Below, piece by piece: positions 22,616 through 31,752 of a stretch of 64,000 nt of DNA. The DNA lies in assembly GCA_964615915.1 (NCBI GenBank), contig CAZTSQ010000002.1, forward strand, positions 25,119 through 89,118, read 5' to 3'. The position numbers and the translations under genes are program-made. Position 1 is the stretch's first letter. Each line of letters begins with the position of its first letter. The notes beneath the pieces are model-generated. The model saw only the letters and a list, made by a program, of their open reading frames with translations. It was not told the DNA's origin and ran no database searches. The DNA is from an uncultured Sangeribacter sp. Lineage in GTDB: Bacteria; Bacteroidota; Bacteroidia; Bacteroidales; Muribaculaceae.

Positions 22616-25174
22616 TTAGAAAGAGAAATGAAGACCGAAACGAATTCCCCAGCGGTCAATTCCGGGGCGGTTTCGGTAGGTCAGTCTGTATACATAATCA
22701 ACTCTGAAAAGGCGCAAAATATTGTCAATTCCGGCCGAAAACTCCATGTACGGAGTCCTGGGGTCGAGTAAACCTGACTCGGCGTCTTCCGGAAAGGCAA
22801 AGAGCTTGCTGTTGAGCGCCGGGTTATTCTTCTTCGAGAGTGACCCGAAAAGACCCTTGAATCCGATTATCTCGCGCAACCGGAGCTTCTTGACGAGAGG
22901 AATCCTGTTGAAGAGGATACCGTTACCGCAATATTGGAGGTCCCACGAGGCATACTGGTCGACGGCAAACTCCATCGGATTCATGAGGGAGTAAGCGTTT
23001 TCGGCGATCGTGTAACTCAGGTTCGCAGCCGGCCATGGCAACGACGGGAAATCGACAGAGTTCCAACATTTTGTGCCGCTGATGACGACATCCGCATATC
23101 CAAACGAGGCAAACCAGAATCGGTATCGGGCCGAGAGGGATGTGATGTTCAGATTGTAACGCGATCCCAACAAACCTCTGGGCCCGAATTGGTGCTTGAT
23201 CCAGAAAATCGGTGCGTCAAGGTTGACATGGGTTCGGTTGGTCGCTCCCTGGATGAAGGTTTCTCCCGGCGAGAACCGAATCTTGGCAGAGAAATAAGCC
23301 TGGGAGTATTCTCTAAGCGATCGGCCGTCTGAGAGTAGGAACGGCAGATATTTGGTCGCTTTTTGAATCTCATGATTGACAGAGAGTTCCAGCGAAAGAT
23401 TGTTGGTCCACTCCTTGACCCAGCTCAATGATGTGAATCGGCGATAGGTAACCTTGTAGTTCTTCTTTCTTGTGATCGAGAGAAGAATATTTGAGGAAGC
23501 TCCCTCATACTGCTGGCCCATCTCGAAGAGGTCATACTGATGCTCGAGACGGATGGCGTTCATCGGGAACTCACGCGAGTGTCTCTTCTTGGGATTGAAG
23601 GAATATTCGACCTCAGCGTCATACTTCCATACCTTGTCCCGAAATCCATAGGCTACATAGCCGCGTCCGAACCAGTTTCGCGACAGGTCTGCCGTAGTCA
23701 TGCCACCGACTTTGAGCCGGAGCCCCTCGGCGGTGTTAAAGGCGACGAACGATATTACGTTTCCTATGTCGAACTTCGAGTCCTTTTTGGCAGTGGATAT
23801 GTAGCCGTCGGCCAACCATTTGACCAAACGTTCAAAGACGAGATACCATGTCTGGGTCCTCATCTGCGCCGAAAGGTGATCGAGATTGGCCTCGGCCGGA
23901 GTCAAGGGAATTCTTCGTGTATCTGCCCAATACTCCGGTTCTTTGCGGTCGGCGTAGAAGTCTTCGTGATATACTCCCGGAGCCGAATAAATCTTCTCGA
24001 GGTCTTTTCGGCGATCGTATGAGAAGTTGGAGTAGTCGACCGTCTTCTCGGCATACAACGCCTGTGTGCCGGAAAGAATATGGAAGTTCGCCCCGAGGAA
24101 CTCGCGGGTCTTGTTGCGGTTCCCGAGAGAATCGAGATCAAAGTCTTGCTCAACATAAAGGTCTCTTACGAAATTGAGGTTAATGTCGTGAGGCACCCTC
24201 ATTTCGAGGTGACGGATCGTCATGGTCGAGTCATTCACAGGAATCAATAGGCGACCCTGAAAACTCATTGACTCGGGTGAGTGAGGGAGGAAGGTGAGCT
24301 GATAATGACGGCTCCCGTTCCAATTGATTGTATCCAGATAGAACTTATAATAGTCTGCCGCTATGGGTGACAACGGCGATACAAATTTGTTCTGAATCAG
24401 AGTAATGTTCGGCTCGTAGATGTCTACATTTCTGATGAGGTCATTGAGAAACACGGTGACATTTGCCGAAGGTATGGCGCTTGTAATGCCGGTGCTCCGG
24501 CTCGCCGCAGTGTATGACTTATGACTCGAAGGGTTGTTGGTGAAGAGTTCCGATCCCTGTCGTTCTTGTAGAATCATCTTCAGGACGGTCATGTCCTGGT
24601 GTGCCGCTGAGTCAATGTAGTCGTTGACAAAGGCCATCTTTGATTCCTTCCCATCTTCACCCGGAACTTTTGGGTCAAAGTCGCTCATTCCGAGCACCAT
24701 CTTTTCCTGAACGTCGAAGCTGAAGTGAGGCTCTTTAGTTGGATCACCGGCTTTTGATGCAGTTTTCAGCCGGTTGAGGAATTCGACGGCGGGGTTATTC
24801 TTCTTCGAATATTTCTCTTTTTTAGGACGAATGACTATCTCGGCCAATTCATAGTCCGCCGGTTGCAGACGTATATCGAGAGAGCCTGAATTATTCGGAT
24901 AGACTGCGACGCTCTTTGGCAAATAACCCAAACAAGTAATCCTGATGGAGTCTACGGGTTGGGAGGTCCTGAATTTAAAGCGACCTTTCTCGTTGGTTAC
25001 GGTACCTCCTTCTGTCGAGTTGATGAAGACGTTTACGAATTCCAGAGGCTCGTGCGTCAGCGAATCGGTCACCTGCCCCTTCAGAACCGTACCTTTGGTG
25101 ACGGCACCAAAGCCCGTCGAAATCACGGCGAGCAAAAAGAGTAGAAAAACAAAGATTCGCAATTGCACACTCAT
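22616..25174 (-). CDS. Outer-membrane protein with carboxypeptidase-regulatory-like N-domain and DUF5686
   Basis: GQVTDSLTHEPLEFVNV...GTVTNEKGRF, KYSKKNNPAV, FVSPLS, PYMEFSAGIDNI, C-terminal F. Confidence 0.85.
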   Translation of the reverse strand: MSVQLRIFVFLLFLLAVISTGFGAVTKGTVLKGQVTDSLTHEPLEFVNVFINSTEGGTVTNEKGRFKFRTSQPVDSIRITCLGYLPKSVAVYPNNSGSLDIRLQPADYELAEIVIRPKKEKYSKKNNPAVEFLNRLKTASKAGDPTKEPHFSFDVQEKMVLGMSDFDPKVPGEDGKESKMAFVNDYIDSAAHQDMTVLKMILQERQGSELFTNNPSSHKSYTAASRSTGITSAIPSANVTVFLNDLIRNVDIYEPNITLIQNKFVSPLSPIAADYYKFYLDTINWNGSRHYQLTFLPHSPESMSFQGRLLIPVNDSTMTIRHLEMRVPHDINLNFVRDLYVEQDFDLDSLGNRNKTREFLGANFHILSGTQALYAEKTVDYSNFSYDRRKDLEKIYSAPGVYHEDFYADRKEPEYWADTRRIPLTPAEANLDHLSAQMRTQTWYLVFERLVKWLADGYISTAKKDSKFDIGNVISFVAFNTAEGLRLKVGGMTTADLSRNWFGRGYVAYGFRDKVWKYDAEVEYSFNPKKRHSREFPMNAIRLEHQYDLFEMGQQYEGASSNILLSITRKKNYKVTYRRFTSLSWVKEWTNNLSLELSVNHEIQKATKYLPFLLSDGRSLREYSQAYFSAKIRFSPGETFIQGATNRTHVNLDAPIFWIKHQFGPRGLLGSRYNLNITSLSARYRFWFASFGYADVVISGTKCWNSVDFPSLPWPAANLSYTIAENAYSLMNPMEFAVDQYASWDLQYCGNGILFNRIPLVKKLRLREIIGFKGLFGSLSKKNNPALNSKLFAFPEDAESGLLDPRTPYMEFSAGIDNILRLFRVDYVYRLTYRNRPGIDRWGIRFGLHFSF

Positions 25175-25222
25175 ACTCCTTATTAACTCATTTTCCCCCT
25201 CTTTATTGTGGCTGTCGGTGGC

Positions 25223-25267
25223 AAAAATTTGGCCCCAAGATGTGGTTTACGACATCTGGGGGCCAAT
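25223..25267 (-). terminator. Intrinsic terminator after the 25295 gene
   Basis: TTGGCCCCAAGATGT...ACATCTGGGGGCCAA stem with an adjacent A-run (T-run on the minus strand). Confidence 0.7.
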
Positions 25268-25294
25268 TATGTCTTGATAAGATAGTGCTTTCCC

Positions 25295-25834
25295 TTAGTT
25301 CATTCCCATCGGGGTCATGTGGTAGCCGAGGGCGTTGAGCTCCATGGCTGCGCCCATCAGATAAAGGGCTTTAAGAGCGCCTACATAGGCCTGGGCTGCC
25401 TGTTCGGTGCCCGGTTCAAAATGAGCGCGGTGAAGTGCAGACAGCGTACGGGCGGCACATTCGCCGACAACCTCGCTGACCTTTTCGGCCTCTTCCTTGT
25501 CGACACCGAGAACTGTCTCAAGAGTATGATCGTCGAGATTGTCGAAGCCTTTCTCATCACGAAGGTTCTCGTAGATCTTTTTGCCACCCTCCTTCTGATA
25601 TTTTTCCCAGTCGGTATCCCAGTATTTGGCGACTGCCATACCGACAAACATTATCCATCCGAGAGACACATTGGGATAGTCCTGAAACTCACGAACGCCA
25701 TCGGGGAGATAGGCTTCGAGAATTGCGGGCCAAAGCTCCTCGATATCCGGAGTCTGAGGTAGGATCTTGTCGACACGGTCAACACTCACGAGATATTTGT
25801 GCAGATCTTCCTGCGTCTGTTGTTCAAAGTTCAT
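25295..25834 (-). CDS. Conserved Bacteroidales hypothetical protein
   Basis: 179 aa with host-like codon usage, its own promoter and terminator; motif YLPDGVREF.YP..SLGW.MFVGMA.AKYWD.DW. Confidence 0.8.
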   Translation of the reverse strand: MNFEQQTQEDLHKYLVSVDRVDKILPQTPDIEELWPAILEAYLPDGVREFQDYPNVSLGWIMFVGMAVAKYWDTDWEKYQKEGGKKIYENLRDEKGFDNLDDHTLETVLGVDKEEAEKVSEVVGECAARTLSALHRAHFEPGTEQAAQAYVGALKALYLMGAAMELNALGYHMTPMGMN

Positions 25835-25861
25835 AGTCTTTCAGTTTTGATTCTACCTTAT

Positions 25862-25887
25862 TAACAACGTGTGGAGGTTATTGGTTG
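25862..25887 (-). promoter_or_regulatory. Putative ECF-sigma promoter of the 25295 gene
   Basis: Minus strand CAAC-N17-TGTTA(ATAA). Confidence 0.55.
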
Positions 25888-25891
25888 GCCG

Positions 25892-28555
25892 CTACTCCTT
25901 TATCTTGCCTAATGTCTCGAGAATCCTGTCGCCGAGTCCTATAGTGTATCCCTGGGTGACGAACACCACCCGGTTAAACGAGTCCGCAATCACAAATATG
26001 GGAAGCGATGGGTCAGTTAAATTCAACGACTCGCGAAGCTCATCTTGAGAGAGATTGCCCGTGTCGACACCAAAAGTCAAGTTAGAGGGCAACCCGGAGA
26101 AATGACCTGCGTCAAAGCGAGAGGCTGAGTCATCATCGGGGAAGAGCACAACGATTGAGTGACCCCATTTCTCAAGTTCGTCGCTGACGGCCGAGAGGTC
26201 ATTGAGGGCATGCGCCGATGGTTCCTGTCCTGCTCCGATGATCCCGAGCACATAGTAACCTCGTCCCGTTGTTGAGAGAATGCTTCGGTCTGCATCTTCG
26301 CCAAGGGGTCGATAAAGATTTTCCGCATTGAGGTTGCCAATAACCTGAACGCCGGCGGGATCCTCTCTGATGATCAATGGTAACTCAGCGTCTGATCCAT
26401 CCTTGAGAACGAAAATTTCTCCACGGACAAGTACTGAACCATCTGCCATACGTTGGCCACTCATGAGCATATATTGACCTTCATCAAGGGGTTCGTTTTC
26501 CTTGTTTATTTCCTCGACGCCATAGCCATCCTCATATTCGAGTTGGGTCGGAAATCCTCCCTCAATCTTGGAGATGGCAAAGTGGTTATAATAGCGGGGA
26601 TTTGTCAGATGACCTGTGGGCGTATAGTTCAGCTGCAAATGGCTCTTCTTGACTTCTGACGGTGCTGTTGCGCTCTCAGTTCCGTCAGAGAATTTGACGT
26701 CGGTCCATCCGTCGTTACCGGCGGTCATCACCTGTACTTTGCCAGTAACCGGGTCGATGCGGGAAGGGATTCCGGCCGTGCGGGCGACCGCCACAAAGAA
26801 AATGTCGCGCGAAAGGGGGTCGGTTTTACGAAGATTGAGAACTGTCATCGGGTCCATCCTGATGCTCATCGGGTTTGAGACGGTTTCGACAGAAATTTTC
26901 TCGTTCACCCACTTGACTAAAGCGAAGGGATCCTTCCTAAACTCCCGGAGCTTGTCTTCGCCCAATCGCGAGGCGATCTCTTTTTTAAACGGAACGAGCT
27001 GTTCGGTGTCGATTCTGGGTGACAAAACGTATGGTGCCCAAATTTCAAGCTGGTAATAGCATGCGCCACAGGCGTCTCGCCTGTGGGAGTCGTCCATCAT
27101 TCCTCCTACATAGTGATACTCCAGATTATCCGTAATGACCTCGCGCGGAATGTCGCGCCGATCTTTTTCGGTTACGTTTTCGAGCAGATTGACAGCTGTT
27201 TCGATTTGACTCTCCGGGAGAGAGGCGAACATTTCTGCGAGCATACGGGAGTTGCCGCGAGAGTCCATCAAAATGCTGACGATTCTGTCCGGAGCAACAG
27301 CGCCCGGGAGGGTGTTTGCCAATTGACGCGCATCTTCATCGCTCAAGAAGGTTGACTCATATTCCTTTCGGATACGGTCTTCATCGGCCAGGCGGAGCTC
27401 ATTTGCTTTCACGAGGTCAGCCGACGGGGAGGGGAGGGTTCCGGACCCGGATGGGGGAACAATGGTCATTTCGAACGTCCCGGTGTAGTCCGAGTCCTTG
27501 TCGAGAACGATCTCGTAAACGGTATCTTCTTTAGGTGAGCCTTTTGTCCAACCGAAGTTTGTTCCGTCGGATGCCCACATCACCGCGTCTCCCTTACCCA
27601 CGATTAGTGATGCCTGGCCGCTTTCGTCGCTCTTCTTCGTTGTCACCGGGTAGAAGTCGGCGTAGTTGTAAATACAGAAGGCAACATCGGCATCCTTTAC
27701 CGGATTGCCATTGGAATCGACAACACGAACCTTCAATTCACCGACCGGAGCATATTTGTCGGTTACGTTGATGGTGGTGACGAGGGGTCGCACGGCCAAT
27801 TTCTCTTCCGGTCCGTCATAGGCGCCGAAGACGTTGGTGGTCATCATCATTCCGCGCGAGGCCGGAGCATTGAACCAGGCCATGTCGAGAATCGGCGCTG
27901 GCTCACAGGCACCGAGGAAGTACCATTCACCGTCCGCCCAGGCTTCGACCCAGGCGTGGTTGTCGTCTGTATGTGCCCAGCGTGGGGTGTAAACCTGTCG
28001 GGCCGGAATTCCGACGGCACGAAGTGCCGCCACTGTGAATGTCGACTCTTCGCCACAGCGTCCGATAGCCTGACTCATTGTGCTCAGAGGGGGAGAGGTC
28101 CGGCCGTCAGAGGGCTTATAGGTCACGTGCTCGTGACACCAGTGATTAACCTCAAGTATGGCATCTTTCATTGACATACCTTTCACCCTGTCGGCCAACA
28201 TTTCATAGATGACCGGTCGCGACATGTCGAGTGCCTCGTTGTTGACACGAAGAGGAAGCACGAAGTGACGGAACTCTCGGTCGGGGATCTTCTCTCCCCA
28301 GGGCATCTCCTTCCGGGCGCGCAAAGTAGCTTTCACATTGTCAAGGTGAAAGTCTGCGCTATGGCCCGCAAGATCCGGGAGGGGCATGTAGGTATATAAG
28401 AATTTCAACGCCTCCTCCTCTTCGGGTGTCATTATGCGGTCGTTGAACACTTCGAAGATCTCCGAAGGTAGCTCAGCCTGTCTTTTTTCGAAATCAGCGT
28501 CTACTGTCGGCGTACCCAGAGTGGCGGCTGTGAGGATAAGGGAAAGGTATAACAT
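25892..28555 (-). CDS. Secreted transglutaminase-fold protein (Png1/PNGase-like catalytic core plus a second degenerate TG domain)
   Basis: Signal peptide; GRCGEE...ALRAVGIPARQV...NHAWVE...WYFLGACEP; second Cys-less copy FFVAVARTAGIPSRID. Confidence 0.85.
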   Translation of the reverse strand: MLYLSLILTAATLGTPTVDADFEKRQAELPSEIFEVFNDRIMTPEEEEALKFLYTYMPLPDLAGHSADFHLDNVKATLRARKEMPWGEKIPDREFRHFVLPLRVNNEALDMSRPVIYEMLADRVKGMSMKDAILEVNHWCHEHVTYKPSDGRTSPPLSTMSQAIGRCGEESTFTVAALRAVGIPARQVYTPRWAHTDDNHAWVEAWADGEWYFLGACEPAPILDMAWFNAPASRGMMMTTNVFGAYDGPEEKLAVRPLVTTINVTDKYAPVGELKVRVVDSNGNPVKDADVAFCIYNYADFYPVTTKKSDESGQASLIVGKGDAVMWASDGTNFGWTKGSPKEDTVYEIVLDKDSDYTGTFEMTIVPPSGSGTLPSPSADLVKANELRLADEDRIRKEYESTFLSDEDARQLANTLPGAVAPDRIVSILMDSRGNSRMLAEMFASLPESQIETAVNLLENVTEKDRRDIPREVITDNLEYHYVGGMMDDSHRRDACGACYYQLEIWAPYVLSPRIDTEQLVPFKKEIASRLGEDKLREFRKDPFALVKWVNEKISVETVSNPMSIRMDPMTVLNLRKTDPLSRDIFFVAVARTAGIPSRIDPVTGKVQVMTAGNDGWTDVKFSDGTESATAPSEVKKSHLQLNYTPTGHLTNPRYYNHFAISKIEGGFPTQLEYEDGYGVEEINKENEPLDEGQYMLMSGQRMADGSVLVRGEIFVLKDGSDAELPLIIREDPAGVQVIGNLNAENLYRPLGEDADRSILSTTGRGYYVLGIIGAGQEPSAHALNDLSAVSDELEKWGHSIVVLFPDDDSASRFDAGHFSGLPSNLTFGVDTGNLSQDELRESLNLTDPSLPIFVIADSFNRVVFVTQGYTIGLGDRILETLGKIKE

Positions 28556-28563
28556 TTTTGAGT

Positions 28564-29304
28564 TTACAGAGAGTGAACGATTGTCGCCAATTGCTTGACG
28601 AGTACTGAAGAAGTGCCGGGACGAAGATATTCATCCGTTCCGGGCGTTCCCATCGAGACAGCGCTGTTCCTGAAGGTCATCTCGCTCGGGATGTTGTGCT
28701 TACACGACGCGTGGACTTCATCAACGCCGGTCGAGCGGATAATCTCTTCGACATTTTTGGCACTGACACCCGCACCGGCGAGTATCTTCAAGCGACCATC
28801 TGCATTCTTTACCAACTGCCTGAGAGTTGCGATTCCGTTCACGGCGCTGTTTGCACCTCCCGACGTCAGAATGCGGTCAACTCCAAGATCGAGCGCACGT
28901 TCGAGGCTTTCAAGTGGATGTTTGACAACATCGAAGGCCCGGTGAAGGGTGAAAGATGCCGGGCGCGAGACGGCTATCATCCGCCTCATCACCTCCATGT
29001 CCAGTTCACCGTCGGAAGTCAATGCTCCGAACACAATACCTGCCGCACCGGCTTCGCTGACAGCCCGGATATCTTCTTCTATCAGCTCGAGTTCTTCGGG
29101 AGTATACAGAAAATCTCCGCTTCTCGGCCTGATTAGGACGTTCACCTTACCCGGAATAAGTTCCAATGCTTTGCGTACCAGGCCTATCGATGGCGTCAGG
29201 CCCCCACATTCAAGGCCTGAGCAAAGTTCGATCCTGTCGGCACCTCCCGCTTTTGCAGCGAGTACGCTTTCGATGTCGGCGCAACATACTTCGAGTAGCT
29301 TCAT
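28564..29304 (-). CDS. cutC: CutC-family TIM-barrel protein
   Basis: LEVCC, GADRIELCS...GGLTPS, IRPRSGDFLY, TLHRAFD, RILTSG. Confidence 0.95.
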   Translation of the reverse strand: MKLLEVCCADIESVLAAKAGGADRIELCSGLECGGLTPSIGLVRKALELIPGKVNVLIRPRSGDFLYTPEELELIEEDIRAVSEAGAAGIVFGALTSDGELDMEVMRRMIAVSRPASFTLHRAFDVVKHPLESLERALDLGVDRILTSGGANSAVNGIATLRQLVKNADGRLKILAGAGVSAKNVEEIIRSTGVDEVHASCKHNIPSEMTFRNSAVSMGTPGTDEYLRPGTSSVLVKQLATIVHSL

Positions 29305-30626
29305 TTGAATTCCATTACGATTATATGGTCCACAGTTTCTTCCGGAAGTTCTCCGAGGTGCAGACGGTAGCCCTCTTTCTCTTTAGTCACCTTGACCGCC
29401 GAGTTGTCGGCGAAGAGAGCGGTCTTTGTCAGTGTCGTTCCGGGAAGCCCGGCGTATGGAATGACAACTTCACCGGCCTTTTCCGGAGAGGTTACATGCA
29501 CAAAAAGTCTGTTACCCTTTCGTGTAGAAGTTCCCCACTCTTTATTACCGAACGGCGAGGCTGTTGTCCCGTAGATCGTCTCTCCGTTTGCACGCATCCA
29601 CTCGCCGAGACCTTTGAGACGGTCGAGCGCCTGCTCGGGGAGAGAGCCGTCAGGCTGAGGACCGATGTTGAGGAGAAGGTTTGCTCCTTGCCCGGCGGTC
29701 TTCACTAGATACCGGATAAGCGTCGGCACACTCTTGTAGTCTGTATCCTCGACCTTGTATCCCCACATTCCGTTCATAGTCTGGCACGTCTCAAGAGGCA
29801 ATCGGCTGATATCCTGCTCGGAATAACCGGCGGTGTTCTCTCCCGGAACATCGCGCTCGAAGATCTGGATGTCTTCGCCCGGGAAAGGATTCTGATGGTG
29901 GTTGTTACCGACTAAGCAGGAGGGTTGGAGTGAGTGTACGAGGGCGTATTGTTCGTCAAGATGCCAGTCGAACGGTTCCGGGTCTTCATCATGATCCCAC
30001 CATCCGTCGAACCAAACCGCGCGGATCGGTCCGTAGTTGGTCAGAAGCTCTGTCAACTGGGCGTCCATGAAGGCCGAGTATGTGGTCCAGTTTTCCCTTC
30101 CCTCGGGCCTCCCTGTCGTCTTGCCGGTGCGTCCCCGTGGATAGTCATCACGCATCCAGTCCAGATGAGAATAATATAGGTGCAGACTCAGGCTGTCTTG
30201 TGCACAGGCTTCGGAGAGCTCCTTCAGTACGTCACGACCGAACGGAGTACCGTCTACAATATTATAGTCATTCTGGTCGGTGTCGAACATCGAGAAGCCG
30301 TCATGGTGTCGGCTTGTGAAGCAGATATATTTGGCCCCGGAGTCCTTGATTGCCTCGGTCCATTCCTTGGCGTTGAAGTTGGCCGGGTAAAATCCCTTAG
30401 CCGCTTTTGAGTATTCTGAGGCAAGAGGACCGTTGTTGAGATACCACTCCCCACGGGCATACATCGAGTATATTCCCCAATGAATGAAGATTCCGAATCT
30501 GTCGTTGGCGAAATCCTCCTGGCTCTTCACAATCTCGGGAGACGGCACATACCCTTCGGCAAGGACGCCCGTCGTTCCACAACCCAGAAGTAGTGACGAT
30601 AGAAATATTTTGGTTATCGAGTTCAT
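29301..30626 (-). CDS. GH29 alpha-L-fucosidase
   Basis: Signal peptide, RFGIFIHWGIYS, TSRHHDGF, nucleophile in WFDGWW, NLLLNIGP. Confidence 0.95.
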   Translation of the reverse strand: MNSITKIFLSSLLLGCGTTGVLAEGYVPSPEIVKSQEDFANDRFGIFIHWGIYSMYARGEWYLNNGPLASEYSKAAKGFYPANFNAKEWTEAIKDSGAKYICFTSRHHDGFSMFDTDQNDYNIVDGTPFGRDVLKELSEACAQDSLSLHLYYSHLDWMRDDYPRGRTGKTTGRPEGRENWTTYSAFMDAQLTELLTNYGPIRAVWFDGWWDHDEDPEPFDWHLDEQYALVHSLQPSCLVGNNHHQNPFPGEDIQIFERDVPGENTAGYSEQDISRLPLETCQTMNGMWGYKVEDTDYKSVPTLIRYLVKTAGQGANLLLNIGPQPDGSLPEQALDRLKGLGEWMRANGETIYGTTASPFGNKEWGTSTRKGNRLFVHVTSPEKAGEVVIPYAGLPGTTLTKTALFADNSAVKVTKEKEGYRLHLGELPEETVDHIIVMEFK

Positions 30627-30643
30627 GATGTCAGATAAAGCGA

Positions 30644-31624
30644 TTATTCAACGAGCGCGGCGGCTCCGAGAATAGCAGCTTCCGCTCCCGATAGCTCGGA
30701 GGTCAGAATCTTCACGCGATTCTTGTATAGAAACAGAGCCTCGCGCTCCATTGCCTCCTTCATTGGTTTAATCAGAAGGTCTCCGGCCTTCGAGACGCCT
30801 CCGAACAGTATGACCGCGTCCGGGTCTGTGACGGCCAGGAAGTTGGCTGTGGCTTTGCCCAAGATCTCACCCGTAATTCTAAATGTCTCGAGGGCAATGG
30901 GGTCTCCTTTCTCTGCGGCTTTCGCTATCTCTTTGGCTGTCAGTTTTTCAGTCGTTATATTTCTGAGGAGAGAGTAGTCATCACTTTTTTCAAGCAGCTC
31001 GCGGGCGGTCCGCACCACTCCGTCGGCCATGCAGTAGGTCTGCAGACAACCTTTTCGACCGCAGGGACAATCACGATCGTATCCCTCGCCGAGTGTGACG
31101 TGGCCCAATTCCGCCGCGAATCCTCTGGAGCCGACAAGCAGATGGCCGTCACAGACTATTGCACCTCCGACTCCGGTCCCCAATGTGATCATGATGAAGT
31201 TATCGATGCCTCTACCGGCGCCGAACATCTTCTCGCCGGCAGCCGCAACGTTGGCGTCGTTACTCAGCGTTACCGGGATTCCGAAATGGTCTGTCAGAAG
31301 CTTGGCGAGCGGAATTATCCCTTTATAGGGGAGGTTAGTCCATCCATCGATGCACCCTGTGGCCTGGTTCGCACACGGTGCACCCACTCCGGCGCCGATC
31401 ACTTCCGTTCCGTCGGGGAGTGCTCCGACCATTTCCCGGTACATTTCTCCCATCCGGCCGATATATTCTTCAAGGGTTTCGTAGCCGGTGGTGGGTATGG
31501 TCTTTCGGGCCAGGAAATTCCCGGCGCCGTCCACTATCCCCATCTCGGTGTTGGTTCCCCCTATGTCTATTCCGAGACGACCGACAATCGTCCCGTTCTC
31601 GTTTTTCATGTTAGAGTCGCTCAT
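30644..31624 (-). CDS. ROK-family sugar kinase (glucokinase/GlcNAc kinase-like)
   Basis: GIDIGGT, NDANVAA, TLGTGVGG, ELGH...CPCGRKGCLQ. Start is 31624 or 31609. Confidence 0.92.
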   Translation of the reverse strand: MSDSNMKNENGTIVGRLGIDIGGTNTEMGIVDGAGNFLARKTIPTTGYETLEEYIGRMGEMYREMVGALPDGTEVIGAGVGAPCANQATGCIDGWTNLPYKGIIPLAKLLTDHFGIPVTLSNDANVAAAGEKMFGAGRGIDNFIMITLGTGVGGAIVCDGHLLVGSRGFAAELGHVTLGEGYDRDCPCGRKGCLQTYCMADGVVRTARELLEKSDDYSLLRNITTEKLTAKEIAKAAEKGDPIALETFRITGEILGKATANFLAVTDPDAVILFGGVSKAGDLLIKPMKEAMEREALFLYKNRVKILTSELSGAEAAILGAAALVE

Positions 31625-31629
31625 ACTCG

Positions 31630-31743
31630 CAAAATTACAAAATAGACTCGAATTGCGCAACATCCCTCAGGATGAGAAGGAGTGCTTTCTTGCTCCCGTC
31701 AAGTGTCCGATCTTGCGCCGCTCAACATTTTGTCGTATTTTTG
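31630..31743. promoter_or_regulatory. Divergent -7 promoter boxes for the ROK operon (minus) and the acyltransferase-thiF operon (plus)
   Basis: Minus strand TAATTTTG at 31630-31637; plus strand TATTTTTG at 31736-31743. Confidence 0.65.
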
Positions 31744-31752
31744 TATCCTGGA

